The translations under genes were made by a program, and so were the position numbers. Below, piece by piece: positions 8,217 to 16,100 of a stretch of DNA of 26,055 bases; the stretch's first letter is position 1, and each line of letters begins with the position of its first letter. Source of the DNA: a virus (lineage: Duplodnaviria; Caudoviricetes); IMG/VR virus record IMGVR_UViG_3300032239_000491, positions 1-26,055 of that record; one strand, given 5' to 3'. The notes beneath the pieces are model-generated. The model saw only the letters and a list, made by a program, of their open reading frames with translations, made no database searches and was not told the DNA's origin.

Positions 8217-8443
8217 CCATATCTCGACACCCCGCGATCCGCGCGCACTTGTTGCGCAACCCGGACGGTCTTACCGTGCCCGACCTGGCGGATCGCACTG
8301 GCACGGCTGAGGATGGCGTCAGGCGCGCCTTGACCCAAATGGCCGACTGCTACATCGACCGATGGATCGGACCCAACAGGGGCCAGTATGCAGCCGTGTG
8401 GGTGGCGGTGCCAATCCCAGAAAACTGCCCGCCACCGGGCTAG
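8213..8443 (+). CDS. Putative winged-HTH protein
   Basis: IRAHLLRNPDGLTVPDLADRTG....VRRAL..M.D.YIDRW; AAGGA SD. Confidence 0.75.
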   Translation: MTISRHPAIRAHLLRNPDGLTVPDLADRTGTAEDGVRRALTQMADCYIDRWIGPNRGQYAAVWVAVPIPENCPPPG

Positions 8444-11400
8444 TCTTTCTCTTCGCCTTCCAGGGTCAAGCCTTGCTTGAGGTTGCGCTTTTTCTCGCGC
8501 AGTTTTTCTTTTTCTACTTCGGCTGCTTCGTCGCTGATCGCGCCTTTGTTTCGCAACCGGTTGAGCTTCTTCATCTGGATGTCAAGCTCACGTATCAGGC
8601 CCTTCGTCTGCGACTTCTGAATCTTCTCTGAAGTATCCAGGTCGATTGGCCGGGCCTTGATACCCACTGTCTGCAAAGCCGCGTAACCGGGAGTTATCGG
8701 CACACCATCTTTGCCCATACCCGTGTACTCAGCCAGACCGACATTCACAGGTTGGCCGGTGACGTTTGCGACCACGTTCATGGCGCGCTCAAAATGGGTA
8801 TTGCCCACGGCGATGGCAGGCGTCATCTGCTTCCACATCCAGGCCAGGCGCTTCTGCGCAGCTTCTGCGCTGGTGTCCGTTTTTGACACGACGTCCTGGC
8901 CACGGAACGTGTCCTTATTGAACAGCATCGCCGAAGCGATGGTGAGGATCGGGCTGTTGGGCGTGATCGGCGCGAGCAGAGGAATGCCGCCTGCGTTATT
9001 GTGCGCGTCGAACAGATCACCACCGGGGAATATTCGGCTGACATCAAGGAACACGGGCAAATTGGTTAGGTCATCCATACCCAAGCGGATCGTTTTCTCT
9101 GTGCCCAGGGCCAGGCTTGCGCCCTTCATCCATTCAGGCAAAGCCTTTCGCTCTTGCTCTTCTTTGTCTTTGACTTGCTGGCGGAAGTCAGGGTCGGTCA
9201 TGTAACGCTGGATCACAGTCCACCAGTCCTCGTCATCACCACCGCTAAGGCCAGCAGCAATCGAGTACATGATCGCGTTGGCCGTGTAGATCGCAACCGC
9301 TGGGGCTGCATATCGGAACGGGTGCTCCAGTGCCGTGTTGGCCAGGGCCGGTACGACCTTGTACGTGTAAGCAAAGAAGGGCAGACCCAGGGGCATGTCT
9401 CGCAAGAAGCGCGCGCCCTTTGGCATGTCGTCGTAAGAGAACATGTACTTCAGCGAGTAGTCGACCGCATCGTCCGGGTTCAGGCCGCGATTGCGTGCAT
9501 CGCGGTAGATCATGTAACGGAAGAAGTCGTCTTCGGCTGCGTATGCTTTGCCCAAGGGTTTGCGCAGCCACAAAGACAGCGCATTCCAGATCATGTCGAC
9601 CGACTGCTTGGCCTTGCTCTCGGACATCTGCGCCAGCGCGCGCAGTTGCTCGGGCATGGCGTCCATCAGCTCAGCCCGGTTGAACGTGCCACCGAAGAGA
9701 CCAGCCTCTTTGGCTTCGTCCACCATGGCGTTGCCCTTGACCAGGTCTGCAATTGCGCCCACGTATTTGTGGCCGTCCCAGTAAGACACGCCAGCGAAGT
9801 GAGCCATCGTCAAGTTCGACAGCACGTTGTTTGCGTGGGCTACTGGGTTGAGGACGGTCTTGCCCTCTTTCCACATCGACAGACCTTTCATGTAAATCTT
9901 GGTCAGGTCGTTCTGCATGTTCGTGTCAAACGCAACCAGTTGATCCAAAATCTCAGCGGGCACCCACTTACCTGCCAGCTTGCCGTAACGCTTGGCAAAG
10001 GTGTCTTCCACGTTTGTGGCTGGCACCTGGACGTAGCCGGGTTGCTCGGTCCTGCTTGCGTAGTTGCTGGCCAGGTTTTCGTACAGGCGGCCCAGTGCGA
10101 TGTCGCGTTGGCTCTTGTTGTAGCCCATCACGAAACGGAACATCGAGTCACGAATTTCGCCCATGTCGTCACGCTCTTTGCGCGTGTAGTCACGCCAGAC
10201 GGTGATCTGGTCATCGACCGCCGGATCGAAAGTATCGTCACGCACTTCCCATCCGTTTGCTTCCCAGTCTGCCAGGTCTGCAACGGGCACGCTCTCGAAC
10301 ATGCCGCGTGCCTTGAGGCTGCTGCCGCCGATACCCTGCATGGTCTTCTTGCGTCCAAGCAATCCCTTGACTGCCTTCATCCAAGCCTTGGCTTCGTCGC
10401 CCAGCTTTTGCTCATAGAAGCGTGGCAGGTACTTGCCGTCCCAGCGGCCAGCGGCCCCTGGCGAAAGCATGCCCAGGCGGACCAGCTCTGCCGATTGCTC
10501 AGACATGATCGACTGCATGGTGGCCGCGATCTCCAGCACGCGCTGGGGCGGCTTGGCACCGCGCTTCAGCTCGCCTTCGATCACATCGCTGACCATCTGG
10601 CGCTCCTGTTCCGGCAGGTCCTTCATGTTCTTGGCCACTTCGACAGTCAGGTTCTGAGCCTTGTCGATCTCCATTCGCATCTTGCGCATCGCGCGTGACA
10701 GCTCCGGGCTGACAGGCTTGAGGCCGACCAGGTCGAGCACGTTGCTTGCCACGTCTGCCGCAGCACGGTAAGCCTTGGCACCCGCGCCGAAGCGGAAGCG
10801 CCCGGTCTCGTCGCGGCTGAGCAACCAGCCTTCGGTCTCTTTGCCTACCGGCTGGCGCTGGCTGAACACAATCGGCGCGCCGGTGACGTCTGTGTCCTGG
10901 CCGAACTTGACGTTCTTGGCCAGGACCAGGGGGCCAACCTGGATCACTTCGTCCGCGCTGAGCACGGGGCGCATGGTGTCGCGGTCGTAGAAGTAGCTGT
11001 GGCGGAACGGGTCCATGCCGACTTGGGTCCAGGCCGGATCGTTCATGGCGGCCTCAGCCCGGGCCTTGGCGTCTTCTTTGCTGATGGGTGACCACTTACC
11101 CAGCATGGTGGCAATCGTGCCCTTGGCGGACCCCGTAGCGATCTTGGCTGCGGCCTTCTGGTTCATGCCAAAGGTCACGTCCTTGAGAGCGGCCACCGAC
11201 TCATATCCCACCACCGGGCCAGCGTCGTATGCAGACTGCACTTCCCGGTTGGTTGACTTCGGCGTGTGGACGCTGACCACCCAGGCATCGTGCTCCTGGT
11301 ATGAAGGGATGTCCAGGCGGAGCTGAGCCCAGTCACCCATCTTCAGTGTCATGGAAGGCAGGCCGTACTTGGCCGCCTTCTCGGGGCTTTGGCCGCGCCC

Positions 11401-12675
11401 GTGTTCCAGGGCGTATCGGGCGTCTTTGGGCGTCGTAATGGCAGGCACCGCAGCATAGGGCTGCACTGGCCGCAATTCGTCCACCATGCGGTTGTATTCC
11501 GTCCTGGTGATCTTGCCTGCTTGCAGGTCCGCCACGGCTTGCTGGAGCTGTTCTGTTCGCTTGAACCGGTCGGCGCTTGTGCCTTCCACCCGGCTGGCTT
11601 CTGCGTTCTTCTGGCCAGCTCGGCTGAAAGCTCCGGTTTCAGATATAATCGGGGCGGAGGTTCCCATGAAATTCGATTTTGACTCCTTAGCCCCAGGCAC
11701 TATGTTTTTTGACTGGAACGAAGTGCCGGTGACGGTCTCGCCAGATTGGCGCTCGGCCACCGCTTGGCTACCGGCTCCCTCCCCGCGCAACCCTTCGGAC
11801 GTGCGTGAGAAAGCCGACCCAGTTGACCGGGCTGAATTCAAGCGCGTGTTCGACGCCTGCGCCGCCCGGCCAAAGTTTGCGCCCTCGGCGTAAATCTGCT
11901 TCTGGATGTCAACCATCTTGGTCTTGACCGGGCTGGCTGGCATCTCGCGCTCGAACGCGTAAATCTCATGGCCGAGGTTCTTGGCAGCCAGCATGCCTGG
12001 CGTGCTGATCTGGATTTCGGCAACCGTGCCATCGTCCAACACCACGTTGGTCAGCACATCCTGGTAACCGGTTGACAGCGGCTTGCCCGCCAGGGTTTCA
12101 CCCTTGTCGTTTTCCAGGTCAACCGACAAGCGGTTCTTGATCCGATCAAACTTGTAGACCTTGCCGATCTCGTCGATTACCCGCTGCGCATCCTCTGGTG
12201 TTTCCACCACGACGGTGCCGCGCAACAAGTCTTTCATGGTGGCCGGGTCGTATCCGTTCTCAGTGGCCAGCTTGGTGACCGCACGGAATGGCTTCTTGAT
12301 CCCGGGCTTCTTGGCGTAGCCGCCGACGGTTTCGGCAATCTTGTCCAGGGTCGTGTCGAACGCGGGCTTGTTGCGCTCTGCCGCCGCAAACAACGGCTTC
12401 AGCAGATCAAGGCCGTGCGCGCGATCCGCAGCCGACAACGGGTCAGGCGGCTCGGCTTTCTTGTACTTGGCAATTGCTTCCCTGGCCTGGGTGACCGTGC
12501 TGGATTTGAGCACGTCTTCCGGCTTGAGGTCTTGCCTCAAAGCAAACGACACTTTGGTGCCCGGCATCAGGTGTTGTAGGCCACCGCTGGCCAGGTACGC
12601 TTTGAACGCGGCTTGGCCTTTTATGACACGCTCTTTGCCACCGGCGTCGGTGAACTTGTACGTGCAATCGGCCAT
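8440..12675 (-). CDS. Polyvalent internal virion protein, 1411 aa: RelA/SpoT-like nucleotidyltransferase domain (aa ~92-264), uncharacterised domain (aa ~370-600), large helical ejection-protein C-terminus
   Basis: IKKPFRAVTK, KDLLRGTVV, GYQDV, EIQIST, GHEIY in RelA/SpoT order; C-terminal PFFAYTY / NKDTFRG motifs; last gene of the virion module. Confidence 0.85.
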   Translation of the reverse strand: MADCTYKFTDAGGKERVIKGQAAFKAYLASGGLQHLMPGTKVSFALRQDLKPEDVLKSSTVTQAREAIAKYKKAEPPDPLSAADRAHGLDLLKPLFAAAERNKPAFDTTLDKIAETVGGYAKKPGIKKPFRAVTKLATENGYDPATMKDLLRGTVVVETPEDAQRVIDEIGKVYKFDRIKNRLSVDLENDKGETLAGKPLSTGYQDVLTNVVLDDGTVAEIQISTPGMLAAKNLGHEIYAFEREMPASPVKTKMVDIQKQIYAEGANFGRAAQASNTRLNSARSTGSAFSRTSEGLRGEGAGSQAVAERQSGETVTGTSFQSKNIVPGAKESKSNFMGTSAPIISETGAFSRAGQKNAEASRVEGTSADRFKRTEQLQQAVADLQAGKITRTEYNRMVDELRPVQPYAAVPAITTPKDARYALEHGRGQSPEKAAKYGLPSMTLKMGDWAQLRLDIPSYQEHDAWVVSVHTPKSTNREVQSAYDAGPVVGYESVAALKDVTFGMNQKAAAKIATGSAKGTIATMLGKWSPISKEDAKARAEAAMNDPAWTQVGMDPFRHSYFYDRDTMRPVLSADEVIQVGPLVLAKNVKFGQDTDVTGAPIVFSQRQPVGKETEGWLLSRDETGRFRFGAGAKAYRAAADVASNVLDLVGLKPVSPELSRAMRKMRMEIDKAQNLTVEVAKNMKDLPEQERQMVSDVIEGELKRGAKPPQRVLEIAATMQSIMSEQSAELVRLGMLSPGAAGRWDGKYLPRFYEQKLGDEAKAWMKAVKGLLGRKKTMQGIGGSSLKARGMFESVPVADLADWEANGWEVRDDTFDPAVDDQITVWRDYTRKERDDMGEIRDSMFRFVMGYNKSQRDIALGRLYENLASNYASRTEQPGYVQVPATNVEDTFAKRYGKLAGKWVPAEILDQLVAFDTNMQNDLTKIYMKGLSMWKEGKTVLNPVAHANNVLSNLTMAHFAGVSYWDGHKYVGAIADLVKGNAMVDEAKEAGLFGGTFNRAELMDAMPEQLRALAQMSESKAKQSVDMIWNALSLWLRKPLGKAYAAEDDFFRYMIYRDARNRGLNPDDAVDYSLKYMFSYDDMPKGARFLRDMPLGLPFFAYTYKVVPALANTALEHPFRYAAPAVAIYTANAIMYSIAAGLSGGDDEDWWTVIQRYMTDPDFRQQVKDKEEQERKALPEWMKGASLALGTEKTIRLGMDDLTNLPVFLDVSRIFPGGDLFDAHNNAGGIPLLAPITPNSPILTIASAMLFNKDTFRGQDVVSKTDTSAEAAQKRLAWMWKQMTPAIAVGNTHFERAMNVVANVTGQPVNVGLAEYTGMGKDGVPITPGYAALQTVGIKARPIDLDTSEKIQKSQTKGLIRELDIQMKKLNRLRNKGAISDEAAEVEKEKLREKKRNLKQGLTLEGEEKD
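11644..11660 (+). promoter_or_regulatory. Internal antisense -10 box and Shine-Dalgarno
   Basis: TATAAT at 11644-11649, GGAGG at 11656-11660, ATG at 11666; no convincing -35. Confidence 0.6.
11666..11893 (+). CDS. Nested antisense gene, 75 aa; candidate inhibitor of the RelA/SpoT-like domain
   Basis: TATAAT + GGAGG-5nt-ATG; globular aromatic-rich product (MKFDFDSLAPGTMFFDWNEVPVTV...); the host frame here is an S/G/A/T/R-rich linker. Confidence 0.75.
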   Translation: MKFDFDSLAPGTMFFDWNEVPVTVSPDWRSATAWLPAPSPRNPSDVREKADPVDRAEFKRVFDACAARPKFAPSA

Positions 12676-12678
12676 GGT

Positions 12679-13170
12679 TTAACCGCCCAATTCTTGGTCG
12701 ATCAGGAGCATGCCAGCCTTGTCTTGATCGACAAGCTGAATGCGTGCCAGCAGGTCGCCGTATTCGCCCACACTGACCCGCTGGATTTCAAGGAATTGCA
12801 AAAGAAACTGCTGGACCACCGGATCGTCCGAGGTGTTGCTGTACCACTCTTTATAATTGTTGTACAGCTCCAGCTCGGTTTCGTATCCGGTCTCAATTGC
12901 GTCGCTCAGAGTTTCGATGGTTTCATTCATCGCTTCGATCACGGGCACCTTGGCCACGGTTCCAACGTCGTTCTGAAAATCAGCGTGGAGCTGATAATGC
13001 TTCAACTCGTCTTTGCTTTCTCTAAGAAAAAACTTAGCCGTGCCCAAGTAACCCAGGCGCTGAACCTGATTGGCAATGTGCTTGTACAGGTTGGCCGCGT
13101 ACAGCTCGGAATGGACCGCATCGTCTAGCATCTTTTTGCAATCGGCGGAGATGATCATTTTAGGTAGCAT
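12679..13170 (-). CDS. Ferritin (non-haem, FtnA-like)
   Basis: 163 aa; ELYAANLY, GY.GTAKFF..E..DELKH, YETE, QFL..FLEIQ; AAGGA SD. Confidence 0.88.
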   Translation of the reverse strand: MLPKMIISADCKKMLDDAVHSELYAANLYKHIANQVQRLGYLGTAKFFLRESKDELKHYQLHADFQNDVGTVAKVPVIEAMNETIETLSDAIETGYETELELYNNYKEWYSNTSDDPVVQQFLLQFLEIQRVSVGEYGDLLARIQLVDQDKAGMLLIDQELGG

Positions 13171-13182
13171 GGCGGGTCCTTG

Positions 13183-16100
13183 TTAGCAGTTGATCTCAAC
13201 CAGGCCGGAGTCGTCCAGCTCGGACAGGATGTCGAGGAAGTTTTCGTGGACGTATTTTATTTGCGCGCCGTCCGGGCGCGATTCGATGGCAGCCTCGGCC
13301 CGGGTCTTGGCCAGGCCGCGCTTGTTCAATCCTTCAAAGATTGATTCGAGGGGCGTGTTGGCGTGGACGAAAGTTTCCCGCTCTGCTCCTTGGATCGGGC
13401 CGCTTGGGCCGTTCGTTCCGCTAGTCGGCTGATTTGTTCCCGCGACCTGCTGGCCAGCCACTTGTCGTGCTGGTCCTGGTCCAGGTTTGGCTGCTGTGCG
13501 TAGTCGTCGTTCATTGAAGCCCTCTTTCTTTAGCAGTGATTCTGCCGCACCTGCGTAGTCTTGGCTAGTCACTCTGAGCCTTACGCCCAATTTTTTATAC
13601 AACTCTTGTTCAGGATACCAGATCAGGGCTTGCAAAGCTGCCGGTGGCACGCGCTTGCCCGTCTGCTCCTGGACCATGTCAACCATTTGGCGGACCACGT
13701 CGCGTAGGCGCTGGCGCTCACCGCCGCTGCCGGGAGCATCTGTGGGCTTGTCAGCCGATTTAATGATGGTGTCGGACGCACCCACCAGGGCGGTCTTGAT
13801 TCGCGTTCCTGAGTCGAATGCGGCCCGCTCCTTGATGAACTGGCGGTTGTGCAGGCTGTGTACCTGGCGGGCCAGGGCGATTGCGCCTTCGTCAGATTCC
13901 ATTGCAGCCTGGACCACAGCCGGGTCAAACTGATTTGCGTACACACCCACGTTGGCCGGGCCTTTTTCAGCGATGGCCGCGCGCAGCTTGGCCACTTGCT
14001 TGGGGAACAGCTCAGCGTCAAACGCTGGCAAAGTTCCGGCCAGTCGACCGACAGTGCGCATGAACCACATATCCATCGTCACCGGTTCAAAGTTGCCGCT
14101 CAGGTTGCTGTAGAAACCAAAACCAATTTTGGGTCCAAAGATGGCAGAGCCCAACAGCTTCTCGTCCATAGACTCGCCGCCGATTGAGTAGCCCATGGTC
14201 TCCAGCTCGCGCTTGGTGAATTCGGTTTGCAAAAACCGGCGCAGCAGATCAGGCCCCATCTTCGCCAGCACGTCGTTGGCCAGGGCAAAATTGTTTGCCA
14301 TGGCAGGGGCTGATTTGCCGGTGCCGACTTCTGGGAATTTGCCTGTCTTGCGGAATTGCTCGTACTGAGAAGACGCGTACTTCAGGTTGTCTTCGACGTT
14401 CATCGTTTGCGACGATATGGCGGTGGCTATCAGGAATGCGTTGCGCGCGTTCTGGTCAGTGTTCAGCTCTGGATACTTAACCGCCATGATGCGCAAGGTC
14501 TTGGCCACGGTCTCGTCGTACCACTCGACTGCGTTGCCCGCGCTCTTGATTGCAGCCACGGCTTCAGACGCCAGGAGCTTGGCCAGGGTGGTGCGATCTG
14601 CTGGCTTGTTGATGTCTAGCTTAGGCAAGCCGGTGGCGGCCCGGCGCTGATCCAGCCACTGCACCACTTCAGGAATACCGCCAACAACTGGTGCCTGGAA
14701 TGCTTTGTCTTTCACGCCTCCGGTCATCAGTGGCAGGGCCGTGGCGTTGTACTCGGCTGCCGACAAACCGATCTTGTCTGCCACGTCTTTGTAGACCTTG
14801 GAATCGGTAGGCGGGGCTTCTTCCTCCTTTGCCGAGAATCGCACTTCGCTTCCGATCCGCTTCAGCTCAGCGTTAGCCGCGTCGCGTTGCTCGGCTGGTA
14901 CTTCCAGATTGCCCGCGCGCACGCGTGCGCCTGGGATATTGGACGTGTCGATTTGGCTCAGCTCTTTCGACATGAGCCCCTTCTTGAGTACGCTTGGGGC
15001 TGCGTTTTCGACAGGTGCTGCTGCGGCTGGCTGGCCTATGGCTTTGACCGGAACGGTCTTGTGCTTTTGGCCAAGCAGTACGACGGCTGATTGGTTGTTG
15101 CCAAACGGCGCAATGTAGCCGTCAAAACCGGCGTTGATGACAGCAGACTCAAACGCGTTTGCGTCTGGCTGCGGTTTTATGATCCGAGTTTGTGGATCGT
15201 AGATGTTGTCCAGCCGGGTTTCGTGTGCGTACCCGCCGACGCCCGATTCGGGGCGAATACCTGCGCCCTGGTCAACATAGAAGTAGATGCGGTTTTTAAG
15301 TCGAGGATCAGTGCTACGGTCCAAGCGATCACGTTCTGCGCCCTTGAGTCCTTGGCCATAATAGGCTCCGCTTAACGATTGACGGGGAGTCGTTGAGTAG
15401 TGTCTGCCGACAACGGAGATGGCTCCTTGGCGGGCTGTTCCGTAGGCTGGGGTCGGACCGCCCCCATTTTCACTAAAGCCTCGTCCACTTGGCGCTGGTG
15501 CGCTTGGTAGGTTTTCACTTCCTGTGACGATACTGGTCGGTGCATTTTCTTCTCCTTGCCGCAAGCTCATCGCCGGGGGCGTGGTGGTTGGTGCAAGCTG
15601 TTGAAGCGTGCCATTGCGGTATGCCACCAGGGCATCACGCGCAACCATTTTAGCCCGATTCAAATCCTTGAGATAGCTGTCGACTTTTACCGATTCCAGA
15701 TTAGACCGGACACGCACGCCTTTTAGACGGGAGATCATTCCGTCCAAAATGCCCACCCACTTGGTTACGAATCCACCAAAACCCTGGGGGTCTGCCTTGG
15801 CTAAACTGGCCAGGAAACGCTTGTCGGTCGCCCGGTTGCCCATGAAGTCAGCAGACATTTCCGACCTGGTCTTTGGAGCGGACAGCATTTCGGTGATCCG
15901 GGCTTCGCGCGCGACCGGGTCTTGAATTGCGTCCAGCTCATCCTTGTTCAGGAAGTTGCTGACGTACGCGCGTTTGCCATCGTCCGACATGTCGTCAAAC
16001 AAGCTGTGAATAGAGGCGACGTACTGTTGAGCTGGTGTGTCAGTGCGACCGGCTGCCGTGTCGGCAGCAGCAATCCGCTCGGCGACGTGAAAGCTCTCGT

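Noticed and set aside
9154-10698. 514-aa plus-strand ORF inside the 1411-aa gene
   Set aside because: Codon-aligned antisense shadow (H/V/L/R-rich) of a well-formed gene; no SD/ATG; the host frame remains protein-like.
11015-11326. Plus-strand ORF in the same frame as the nested antisense gene
   Set aside because: A/S-rich shadow composition, no SD, overlaps a folded domain; used as a negative control.
11486-11665. Longer 5' start for the antisense ORF given in the track
   Set aside because: The extension reads as shadow sequence; the -10 box and SD point to ATG 11666.
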